Below are positions 1-7,990 of a DNA stretch of 38,159 nucleotides, piece by piece. Origin of the DNA: a bacterium (GTDB lineage Bacteria; UBA9089; UBA9088; JAGUXG01). Position 1 is the first letter of the stretch. Each line of letters starts with the position of its first letter. The stretch is taken from positions 1 to 38,159 of the forward strand of contig JAGUXG010000211.1 of NCBI GenBank assembly GCA_020061965.1, given 5' to 3'. The notes under the pieces are model-generated. The model saw only the letters and a list, made by a program, of their open reading frames with translations, searched no databases and was not told where the DNA came from. The translations under genes were made by a program, and so were the position numbers.

Positions 1-122
1 CAACTTACGAGATTTCACTAAACATTTTGGCAAAATCGTAAGTACTTGTAAATCAACGACTTATAAAATTTTACTTCAGATGGGTAAAGTGTTACAAATT
101 TTGAAATTTTTTATGCAGATGG

Positions 123-1175
123 CTATCCTTCCTCTTCCCAAGGCGCTGGGAAAAAGACCTTTTTGTAGGATGAAAGGGCCTCCCTGTCTGAAAACGAGGC
201 TAAATGGTCAATGACTATCCTTTCAATAGGTGTGTTATGGGAAAGAAAGGAAAATCTTCTCTTTGGTTCATCTGGAATTCTGGTGTAGTAATAAAATAAC
301 TCCTCCATCACCCTCTTTGCCTTCTCTGATTCCTTCTGAATCCTTGGGTGGCGATAGAGATTTTCATAGAGATATTTGCGTAAGATAGAACTTGCCTCCA
401 AAACATCTGTCTTCATTTCAATCTTATTTTTGCCCATACTCTCTGTGATCATAGCCTGAACCATCACATCTATCCTCTCAGAGCTTCTTCTTCCAAGAAG
501 ATTGATGGCATCCTTTGGTAGTTCATCTATAGAGATAAGCCCTGCTGTTTCTGCGTCCTGAATGTCATGATTGATGTAGGCAATCTTATCTGCAAAGAGG
601 ACGATGACACCCTCTAAGGTTATTGGACCAGACTTGCCGATATTTACTATCCCGGAAAAGTCATCATCTCCCAAGGAATGCTTGAGTATGCCGTCTCTTA
701 CCTCCTGAGTAAGGTTTAAACCCTCGCCGTCTTTTTCAAGAAGATCTATTACCCGCAAGCTCTGCTCGTTATGTTTAAACCCAAAAGATGTGAGATGGGC
801 TAAGGCCAATTCTCCTGTATGTCCAAAAGCAGGATGACCAAGGTCATGTCCAAGAGCTATAGCCTCAGTCAAGTCTTCATTAAGACTTAAGGCTCGAGCT
901 ATAGTTCTGGCAATCTGGGAGACTTCAATAGTGTGGGTAAGCCGTGTCCTGATAGATTCTCCGCTTGGAATAAGAAATACCTGTGTTTTATACTTCAGTT
1001 GACGGAAGGAGCGAGAATGGATGATTCTGTCCCTATCCCTCTGAAAAGTTGTTCTAATAGAGCAAGGCTTTTCCTCCCTTTGCCTCCCCATACTTTTGGT
1101 AGAGAGTATAGCATAAGGAGAAAGAGTGTTTGCCTCTAACTCTTCAACAATCTCTCTGACTAATCTTTGCTTCAT
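123..1175 (-). CDS. dgt: dGTP triphosphohydrolase-like HD-domain phosphohydrolase
   Basis: 350-aa ORF. It has the HD-superfamily signature (RLTHTIEVSQIAR ... GHDLGHPAFGH) and the length typical of Dgt-like proteins. Confidence 0.85.
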   Translation of the reverse strand: MKQRLVREIVEELEANTLSPYAILSTKSMGRQREEKPCSIRTTFQRDRDRIIHSRSFRQLKYKTQVFLIPSGESIRTRLTHTIEVSQIARTIARALSLNEDLTEAIALGHDLGHPAFGHTGELALAHLTSFGFKHNEQSLRVIDLLEKDGEGLNLTQEVRDGILKHSLGDDDFSGIVNIGKSGPITLEGVIVLFADKIAYINHDIQDAETAGLISIDELPKDAINLLGRRSSERIDVMVQAMITESMGKNKIEMKTDVLEASSILRKYLYENLYRHPRIQKESEKAKRVMEELFYYYTRIPDEPKRRFSFLSHNTPIERIVIDHLASFSDREALSSYKKVFFPAPWEEEG

Positions 1176-1209
1176 TTAATATTTCTACATAGTATAGTAG
1201 AAATATTAA
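1176..1209. promoter_or_regulatory. Perfect 13-bp inverted repeat (TTAATATTTCTAC / GTAGAAATATTAA, 8-nt loop) abutting the dgt start codon
   Basis: Read directly. Arms are 1176-1188 and 1197-1209. On the minus strand the loop contains TATACT. No Shine-Dalgarno is visible for dgt. Confidence 0.4.
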
Positions 1210-1270
1210 ATAATGAAAAGAAATTTATACAGAACTTTTGTAAAAGTTGGGGAGGTTCTAAAATTGATAC

Positions 1271-1299
1271 TGGACAAAAGAGAACCCTTAAATTATACT
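1271..1299 (+). promoter_or_regulatory. Sigma70-like promoter TGGACA-N17-TATACT upstream of infA
   Basis: TGGACA at 1271-1276 and TATACT at 1294-1299. The same hexamer pair recurs at three other intergenic sites in the window. Confidence 0.5.
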
Positions 1300-1335
1300 A
1301 CATAATAATATCTTTTGCAAAAGAGATATTATGAA

Positions 1336-1554
1336 ATGAAGAAAGAAGATAGGGTATTGATAGAAGGAAAGGTGACAGAAGTGCTTCCAAATGCTCAGTT
1401 TCGGGTTGAGCTTCCTGGAGGACATAAGATTCTTGCCCATGTCAGCGGGAAGATGAGAATGCATTATATTAAAATTCTTACGGGCGATAAGGTGACAGTT
1501 GAAATGAGTCCCTATGATCTGACCAAAGGAAGGGTAATATATAGACAAAAATGA
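1336..1554 (+). CDS. infA: Translation initiation factor IF-1
   Basis: [26 protein letters not shown]...[33 protein letters not shown] aligns along its full length with the remembered IF-1 sequence. Start chosen at the internal ATG 1336 by homology. Confidence 0.93.
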   Translation: MKKEDRVLIEGKVTEVLPNAQFRVELPGGHKILAHVSGKMRMHYIKILTGDKVTVEMSPYDLTKGRVIYRQK

Positions 1555-1664
1555 AGGTATCCGCATCTGTAAAAAAAATTTGTGAAAAGTGCAAGATTAT
1601 CAAGAGAAAAAAAGTGGTTCGGGTGATCTGCACAAATCCAAAGCATAAGCAAAGACAGGGATGA
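1551..1664 (+). CDS. rpmJ: 50S ribosomal protein L36 (not in the supplied ORF track)
   Basis: Hand translation gives [37 protein letters not shown] (37 aa). It has the C-x2-C...C...H zinc ribbon pattern. The ATGA start overlaps the infA stop. Confidence 0.9.
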   Translation: MKVSASVKKICEKCKIIKRKKVVRVICTNPKHKQRQG

Positions 1665-1993
1665 TGGCCGACTTACTCTTACGAGCATTCTTGGCTCACA
1701 TTGTAGGAGATATACTCTTACAGCCAGATTTTCTTTCCAAAAAAAAGAGGAGAGAGGGGTTATTTATCCTGGTTCATGGGGCTATTCTTTTTGCCTTTTT
1801 CCTATTCTTTGGCTGGGGGGTTTTCTCTTTGCAATGGTTCATCTTTTGCCTTCTTGTTACCTCCTTTCATATCTTGGTTGATTGGACAAGAATACGGATT
1901 GGAAAAGAAGGGATAATCGTTGGTATAATTGACCAGAGCCTTCATCTTGGCTCAATCATACTTCTTGCCTATATCCTCTTTCAATTACTATAG
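1661..1993 (+). CDS. Small polytopic membrane protein, DUF3307-like
   Basis: 110 aa and hydrophobic. The [12 protein letters not shown] and FHILVDW motifs resemble DUF3307 as remembered. The ATGA start overlaps the rpmJ stop. Confidence 0.55.
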   Translation: MMADLLLRAFLAHIVGDILLQPDFLSKKKRREGLFILVHGAILFAFFLFFGWGVFSLQWFIFCLLVTSFHILVDWTRIRIGKEGIIVGIIDQSLHLGSIILLAYILFQLL

Positions 1994-2060
1994 CCTTATC
2001 AAAAGCTAAATATACTCAAGAAACATAGGTCTACCGAAAAAATATGTGATAAAAGGGGTC

Positions 2061-2121
2061 AAGGGTTCCAGGGTCAAGGATTAATAATTTCGCTTTCACT
2101 CGACCCTTGAACCCTTTTTAA
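2061..2121 (+). terminator. Hairpin plus T-run, candidate intrinsic terminator after the infA-rpmJ-DUF3307 unit
   Basis: AAGGGTTCCAGGGTC (2061-2075) pairs with GACCCTTGAACCCTT (2102-2116) with one mismatch, followed by TTTTT. The 26-nt loop is unusually large. The arms are built from 7-nt units. Confidence 0.45.
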
Positions 2122-2232
2122 GCTTAAATTTTCGCAAAGTAAGATTTCTTCTCGGTATAACAACCCTTTTTGTAAAGTTGAGGAAGTTTTGGTTGTATAT
2201 ATTTATCACAGAACATATCATAAGTCAACAAA

Positions 2233-4290
2233 ATGTTACGAAAAAGAATAAAGATAATTAAAGGGATAGACCAAGAAGGATCAAAAAAGAAGAACAGGCT
2301 TTTTGGGATACTTATAAAGGCAGTCGTATTTCTTTTCTTATTTTGTTTATCTATATCAGTAGGAGTGGGTGCTGGTATCCTCATCGCTTGCCTTAAAAAC
2401 CTTCCATCGCTTGACCCTTTAGACTATAAAGGTCAGGATTACTGGATGCTTCCGACAAGGGTCTATTCAGAGGATAAAGAGCTTATCGGTGAGTTCTCTA
2501 AGGAGAGAAGGAGGCTGATAAAGATAGAGGAGGTTCCAAAACATACTATTGCTGCCTTTGTTTCTGCAGAGGATGCCAGTTTTTTTAAGCATCATGGCAT
2601 AAATATAAAAGGTATCATCAGGGCTGGAATTGTCAATCTTGCTTCTGGCAGGGTCAAGGAGGGTGGGTCATCCATAACCCAACAGTTAGCAAAAAACCTC
2701 TTTCTTACCAACGAAAAGACTATAAAAAGAAAGATTCAAGAATCGCTTTTGGCTCTGAAGATTGAGAGGCGCTATTCAAAGAATGAAATTTTAGAGAGAT
2801 ACCTGAACAAGATATACTTTGGAAAAGGCGTCTATGGGATAGAGTCTGCCTCTACTTTATACTTTGAAAGGCCAGCAAAAGATCTTCTTATTCATCAATC
2901 TGCTATCTTAGCCGGGATACCAAAGGCACCAAACGACTATTCACCCTTTGCAAATCCAGACAAGGCAGCAGGTAGGGGGAAATGGGTTCTGAAGCGTATG
3001 GTGAAAGAAAGGTATATAAGCCGGGTTGATCTTGCAAGGTATTGCTCTCTGGTAGATTCAGAGATGAAGGCAATGAAGGAGAGGGGAAAGATTGTCGGCG
3101 TAACCATAAACAAAGCCCCATACTTTATTGAGTATCTTCGCACAACCTTAGAGAGGGATTATGGGCCTGGTCTTATCTATCAGGGGGGGTTGCAAATAGA
3201 GACAACATTAGATTTTAAGATGCAACAGGCAGCAGAGAAGGCACTATACTCTGCTTTAGAAAGGCTTAATACTGGAAGAAAAGAGAGGATAGAGGGTGCT
3301 TTACTCGCCATTGATCCGAGGACAGGAGGAATAAAGGCTATGGTTGGTGGCTCTGGTTTTTGTGTCAAGAATCAATTGAACAGGACATATCAGACAAAAA
3401 GGCAACCAGGCTCTTCTTTTAAGCCGATAATCTATGCAACAGCCTTTGACTCTGGACACACATTAGAAGAGACAGTAGTTGATTCGACTGTTAGCTATAT
3501 TGGAGCAGATGGAAAGCCTTGGACGCCTCAGAATTATGGGGGCAAGCACTATGGTCTGGTTACCTTGAGAAAGGCACTTGAGCTATCCATAAATATTGTG
3601 TGCATAAAGATTTTGGAAAAACTGGGGACAGAGAGGGTGATTGCTTATGCCCATAGGCTTGGAATAGAGTCAGTCCTTGACCCATATCTATCCTTAGCCC
3701 TTGGCTCATCTGAGGTGAGTTTGATGGAGATGGTTACTGCCTATGCTGTCTTTGCTAATTCTGGAATGAGGCTTAAGCCTTATGGGATACAGCAGGCAAA
3801 GGACAAAGATGGAACAGTTTTGGAAGAGGCTGTCCCCTTCTATGAACCAGTTCTTAGCCTTGAGACAGCGTATTTAGTCAACTCTGCACTCTCCGGGGTG
3901 ATAACAAGAGGCACAGCCTATCCAGTCCTGCGAGGCGTATTTGATCAGGATATTGCTGGAAAGACAGGCACAACAAACGATTATGCTGATGCCTGGTTTA
4001 TTGGCTATACGCCTGACCTTGTTTGTGGCGTCTGGGTAGGCTATGATAAGGAAAGAAAGAGCCTCGGAGAGAGACAGACAGGCTGTACTGTTGCTGCTCC
4101 AATATTCAGAGATTTTATGGCAGAAGCATTAAAAGGCCTTCCCAAGAGTAGCTTTCCTATTCCAGAAGATATCACTTTTGGAACTGAGAGTGATACAGGG
4201 ACAATCACATATGAGGAGGTAGAAGAGATATACCCTGAAGAAGAAGCTTCAGAAGAACCAGATAAGCTGGATTTTAATGAGGAGTGGTAA
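2233..4290 (+). CDS. mrcA: Class A penicillin-binding protein (glycosyltransferase GT51 plus transpeptidase)
   Basis: N-terminal TM segment. GT51 motifs EDASFFKHHGI and GGSSITQQLAKN. Transpeptidase motifs SSFKP and KTGTT. Confidence 0.9.
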   Translation: MLRKRIKIIKGIDQEGSKKKNRLFGILIKAVVFLFLFCLSISVGVGAGILIACLKNLPSLDPLDYKGQDYWMLPTRVYSEDKELIGEFSKERRRLIKIEEVPKHTIAAFVSAEDASFFKHHGINIKGIIRAGIVNLASGRVKEGGSSITQQLAKNLFLTNEKTIKRKIQESLLALKIERRYSKNEILERYLNKIYFGKGVYGIESASTLYFERPAKDLLIHQSAILAGIPKAPNDYSPFANPDKAAGRGKWVLKRMVKERYISRVDLARYCSLVDSEMKAMKERGKIVGVTINKAPYFIEYLRTTLERDYGPGLIYQGGLQIETTLDFKMQQAAEKALYSALERLNTGRKERIEGALLAIDPRTGGIKAMVGGSGFCVKNQLNRTYQTKRQPGSSFKPIIYATAFDSGHTLEETVVDSTVSYIGADGKPWTPQNYGGKHYGLVTLRKALELSINIVCIKILEKLGTERVIAYAHRLGIESVLDPYLSLALGSSEVSLMEMVTAYAVFANSGMRLKPYGIQQAKDKDGTVLEEAVPFYEPVLSLETAYLVNSALSGVITRGTAYPVLRGVFDQDIAGKTGTTNDYADAWFIGYTPDLVCGVWVGYDKERKSLGERQTGCTVAAPIFRDFMAEALKGLPKSSFPIPEDITFGTESDTGTITYEEVEEIYPEEEASEEPDKLDFNEEW

Positions 4291-4317
4291 ACAATCTCTG
4301 CTACTCATTATACCAAA

Positions 4318-5271
4318 ATGAAAATTAGCTCTTCACTGTATCTTTTGGAGATCATTTATAGGATAGGATTATTTTTCCATTTTTTGAAAAAAGGCAGGAA
4401 AATTCCAGCCTTAGTGATAAGCATTGGCAACATAACCACAGGCGGAACAGGAAAGACAGAGATAGCTGTCAAAATAGCCGAGTATCTGGAAAAATGTGCT
4501 ATATTGAGTAGGGGATATAAGGGAAAGAGAGAGGGATTAGTCAAATCAGAGGATGGTTTTATGGATGTTGGTGATGAACCAGTAATGATGAATGCCAGAA
4601 CAAATATTCCAATCCTTGTAGGAAAAGACAGGGTCCAGCAGGCAAAATGGGCCATTGAAAACTTAGGGATACAGAGGTTTATCTTAGACGATGGCTTTCA
4701 ATACAGGGGTCTAAAGATAGACCAGAATATCTTGCTGATAAACGGAAATAACCCATTTGGCAATGGCCATTTGCTTCCTTGCGGGATTTTGAGAGAGCCG
4801 CTCTCTTCTATCAGCAGAGCAGATGTTGTTATTGTTACAAAGAAGAGGAATGACGAAGCTATTGAGACAATTAGAAGGTTCAACCAGAAAGCCCCAATCT
4901 TCTTTGCTTGGTATAAACCAAAGGCTTTGATAGATACAAAAGGCAACAAGATGCCTATTGAGACTATTAAGAATAAAAGGGTGCTTGCTTTATCAGGCAT
5001 AGCAGATCCAGCCTATTTTGAAGATGAGCTTTCGTCGCTTGGAGCAGACCTTGAGCCTTTGAGATTTCCAGATCACCACCCTTTCAGCAAAAAGGATATT
5101 GAGGCAATAAAGAAGAGATCAGCAGGATTTGAATTTATAGTCTCAACCCTGAAAGACAAGGCAAGACTTGGCGAGAGATTAGAGGCATTATTTCTATCTA
5201 TTGAGCTTATGATAGACGATGGGTTTTTTGAGTATATACCGACGAATATACCGAGAATGGATCAGCCTTAG
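4318..5271 (+). CDS. lpxK: Tetraacyldisaccharide 4'-kinase
   Basis: P-loop context ISIGNITTGGTGKT, followed by ILSRGYKGK and DDGFQ, as in LpxK. Confidence 0.85.
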   Translation: MKISSSLYLLEIIYRIGLFFHFLKKGRKIPALVISIGNITTGGTGKTEIAVKIAEYLEKCAILSRGYKGKREGLVKSEDGFMDVGDEPVMMNARTNIPILVGKDRVQQAKWAIENLGIQRFILDDGFQYRGLKIDQNILLINGNNPFGNGHLLPCGILREPLSSISRADVVIVTKKRNDEAIETIRRFNQKAPIFFAWYKPKALIDTKGNKMPIETIKNKRVLALSGIADPAYFEDELSSLGADLEPLRFPDHHPFSKKDIEAIKKRSAGFEFIVSTLKDKARLGERLEALFLSIELMIDDGFFEYIPTNIPRMDQP

Positions 5272-5371
5272 CAAAGATTTAAGCTGATTGGAAAGGATGT
5301 TTTCATTGGGTATGCTTCGGTATAGGAGTTGCGTAAACTGTTTATTGTTTTTTGAAGATGATAAATGATGC

Positions 5372-5401
5372 TGGACAAAAGGGTCTTCTTTGGGTTATAC
5401 T
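5372..5401 (+). promoter_or_regulatory. Sigma70-like promoter TGGACA-N18-TATACT upstream of the amidase operon
   Basis: TGGACA at 5372-5377 and TATACT at 5396-5401. GGGGGTG Shine-Dalgarno before ATG 5424. Confidence 0.45.
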
Positions 5402-5423
5402 ATGTAAATAAAGGGGGTGAATA

Positions 5424-7004
5424 ATGAAAAAGACCCTTCTCTTGCTTTTAATAGCCACTTTTGCTTTCTGTGAAGAGAGCATAAGGCTGGTAGGCTATGA
5501 TACCCAGCAGTTTATAATATCAAACTGGCTTGCCCAAGAAAATCTCCTTCCGATGAAAGAAACCGCCTCTATCCTCGGGGCGAAGGTTGATTATAACCTC
5601 ACTACAAAAGAGGGAACGCTTTCCAAAGGAAAGAATTGCGTCAAGTTTTGGACAGAAAGGAGCGAGATTGTTCTTGACGGAGAAAAGGTTCTCATTGATC
5701 ACTATCCAAAGGTTGTCTCCGGAAAGGTTTATCTTCCCTTAGAATTAGTGGAGCTCTTTTGTAATAGCTCTGGAGTCAATATCTGCTTAAATCCCGAGAA
5801 GGAGGAGCTTATTTTTACAAAAGAGGCGGCCTGCCCTGTTCTGCTCAATAATAAAAAGAGTAAAAAAGGATTCTGGCACGAGGTGGCAAAGGGTGAAAAC
5901 CTATGGCGGATAGCTCAACAATATAGCCTCTCCATCCCTACACTTACGAGCCTCAATAACATCTCTGATCCAACCAGGGTTAAGGCAGGGGATAAAATCT
6001 TCATTCCGCAGATTGGCTTTCCGCAAACTTCTACTGCTGACAAACTAAAAGAAGAGAAGGAGACAATCAAAGAGGAGAAGATAACAGATAAAGAAGAGAC
6101 AATAGCTAAAGACGATCAAATAACAGGAAAGATTATTATCACCAACAAGGATGTTCAGGCAACAAGGAAGGATAGCATAGTAGAGAGCAAGGTCGATCAA
6201 ATAACTAACGATGATATTCAGGGAGCAAACAGGAAGATTCCTGCAACAAACAAGGAGGCTAAGATAGCCAAGATTGATTCTCTGATAGAAAAGAAGGGTT
6301 CTCCAATCTCTCGGTTTGGGATAAAAAGGATAGTGATAGATCCAGGTCATGGAGGAAAGGACCCAGGTGCTTGCGGAAAGACGCTTAAAGAAAAGGATGT
6401 TGTCCTGCAAATAACCAAGAGATTGAAGGAGAGGATTGAAGAAGAGAGTGGGGTTGAGGTTATTCTTACACGGGATGATGACTACTATGTTCCCTTGCCT
6501 GAGAGGACAGCTCTGGCTAATTATAAGAAGGCTGACCTGTTCATCTCTATCCATGCCAATGCTGCCTTTTCCAAAAGTGCAACAGGCTTTGAGGTCTTTC
6601 ATCTTTCTGCTATAGCTTCAGATAAACAGGCAGAGGCTTTGGCTGAATTAGAGAATAGGTCCATAAAACTTGATGGTAAAGATGGGTTCAAAGACTATAC
6701 TCAACAAATCTTAGCTGATATGGCTCAGAGCGGATTCATCAAGGAGTCCATTGAGCTTGCCTCTGTTATTCAGAAAGAGGTAGTCAGCAGGCTTAATATG
6801 AAAGCAAGGGGAGTGAAGTCAGCCAATTTCTATGTCTTAAAAGATGCCCTTATGCCTGCTGTTCTTGTAGAGACAGGATTTATCTCTAATGGCTATGAGG
6901 AGAGCAGGCTTAAAGACGAAAAATTTCTTTATGGAATGACAGATAGTCTCTGCGATGCTATTCTTAGATACAAAGAGTCTTATGAAACAGCATTAAAGGA
7001 ATAA
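5424..7004 (+). CDS. N-acetylmuramoyl-L-alanine amidase with stalk-like N-domain, LysM domain and K/E-rich linker
   Basis: Signal peptide. LysM segment (HEVAKGENLWRIAQQYSLSIPTLTSLNNI...GDKIFIP). Amidase_3 core (IVIDPGHGGKDPGA ... SIHANA ... ETGFISN). Confidence 0.85.
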   Translation: MKKTLLLLLIATFAFCEESIRLVGYDTQQFIISNWLAQENLLPMKETASILGAKVDYNLTTKEGTLSKGKNCVKFWTERSEIVLDGEKVLIDHYPKVVSGKVYLPLELVELFCNSSGVNICLNPEKEELIFTKEAACPVLLNNKKSKKGFWHEVAKGENLWRIAQQYSLSIPTLTSLNNISDPTRVKAGDKIFIPQIGFPQTSTADKLKEEKETIKEEKITDKEETIAKDDQITGKIIITNKDVQATRKDSIVESKVDQITNDDIQGANRKIPATNKEAKIAKIDSLIEKKGSPISRFGIKRIVIDPGHGGKDPGACGKTLKEKDVVLQITKRLKERIEEESGVEVILTRDDDYYVPLPERTALANYKKADLFISIHANAAFSKSATGFEVFHLSAIASDKQAEALAELENRSIKLDGKDGFKDYTQQILADMAQSGFIKESIELASVIQKEVVSRLNMKARGVKSANFYVLKDALMPAVLVETGFISNGYEESRLKDEKFLYGMTDSLCDAILRYKESYETALKE

Positions 7005-7541
7005 ATGAAGGAGAAGAAAGGGAAAGGATTTGGATCTCTTTTCTTTCTGGCTGTGATTATTGGCTTGGCTTTTTTACTCTTTCCAAAACCTGAGGGTGAA
7101 CAGGGTCTCCATTACGACAAAGAAAAGAAGAAGGTTAAAATATTCTTTGTGGATGAAGAAGGGCTTCTTATTTCAGAAGAAAGGTCTATCACCAAGAGTA
7201 AGAAGATTGGGGAAGAGGCAAGGGAGATTATAAAAGAGCTGCTTACAGGGCCCACCTGTTCCTGGTTAGAATCAGCCATTCCAGAAAATACAAAGCTTCG
7301 TGAACTTTACATCCATAAACAGATTGCCTACATTGACCTTTCAAGAGAGGTTTGTGAGAATCATCCTGGGGGGTCGTCTGCTGAGCTTTGCACCATTTAT
7401 TCTATAACAAATTCTATAATATGTTCCATTCCTGTTTCTGGGGTAAAGATATTGGTTGAAGGAAAGAGCCCAGAGACATTAGCCGGACATATTGCCTTAG
7501 ACGAGCCGTTTATCTTTAATGAAGAGATGGTGAAGAGATGA
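7005..7541 (+). CDS. GerMN-domain lipoprotein-like protein
   Basis: N-terminal TM segment or signal. The pattern VKIFFVDEEG...LLTGP...IPENTKL...YIDLS...VKILVEGK...LAGHI resembles the GerMN domain. Start directly follows the amidase stop. Confidence 0.65.
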   Translation: MKEKKGKGFGSLFFLAVIIGLAFLLFPKPEGEQGLHYDKEKKKVKIFFVDEEGLLISEERSITKSKKIGEEAREIIKELLTGPTCSWLESAIPENTKLRELYIHKQIAYIDLSREVCENHPGGSSAELCTIYSITNSIICSIPVSGVKILVEGKSPETLAGHIALDEPFIFNEEMVKR

Positions 7542-7990
7542 CAGACTTTACAAAAATAGACGAGATTCTCTCCTCTTTTGAGGACAAATCCTGTCTTATC
7601 CCTATCTTGCAAAGACTGCAAGAAGAGTATGGGTATCTTTCTATCCAAGTTCTAAAAAGGATAGAGGAGAAGACAGGGATGAGTGGTGCAGAAATCTTTG
7701 GGGTGGTCACATTCTATGCCCAGTTCAGGCTCAAACCACAAGGCAAGAATATGATTAAGGTCTGCCATGGAACAGCCTGCCATGTGAGTGGTGCAGAAAA
7801 GATAGAGGAATCTTTGAGGCAGGAGCTTGCTGTAAAAGGTGATGAACCAACAGAGGATGGCTTATTCAGTCTGGAAAAGATTGCTTGCTTGGGATGCTGT
7901 GCCCTTGCCCCAGTGATTATGATCAACAAAAAGTGCTATGGAAAGCTTGAACAAAAAGGGATAAAGAGGGTTCTTTCGGAGTATAAATGA
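7538..7990 (+). CDS. nuoE: NuoE/HoxE-like thioredoxin-fold [2Fe-2S] subunit
   Basis: Cys pattern CHGTACHV ... CLGCCALAPV. ATGA overlap with the upstream stop. Confidence 0.85.
   Translation: MTDFTKIDEILSSFEDKSCLIPILQRLQEEYGYLSIQVLKRIEEKTGMSGAEIFGVVTFYAQFRLKPQGKNMIKVCHGTACHVSGAEKIEESLRQELAVKGDEPTEDGLFSLEKIACLGCCALAPVIMINKKCYGKLEQKGIKRVLSEYK

Noticed and set aside
933-1566. ORFs 933-1139(+) and 1288-1566(-) from the track
   Set aside because: They lie antisense to and entirely within the well-supported dgt and infA genes. The translations are low-complexity with no motifs.
2903-3368. Three minus-strand ORFs inside the PBP gene, and similar ones at 4356-5000 inside lpxK
   Set aside because: These are antisense shadows of strongly supported genes. 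None has a start context or any motifs.
5302-5313. The short motif TTCATTGGG(T/C)AT, recurring at 5302, 27574 and 27756, as part of the repeat family
   Set aside because: Two of the three occurrences are explained by coding constraints: the reverse complement of the pyrB start region and of the PHP gene stop region. Twelve nucleotides in AT-rich DNA is too weak a match to interpret.
6045-6602. 185-aa minus-strand ORF
   Set aside because: It is antisense to the K/E-rich linker and Amidase_3 core of the amidase. Its open frame is a by-product of purine-rich coding sequence.
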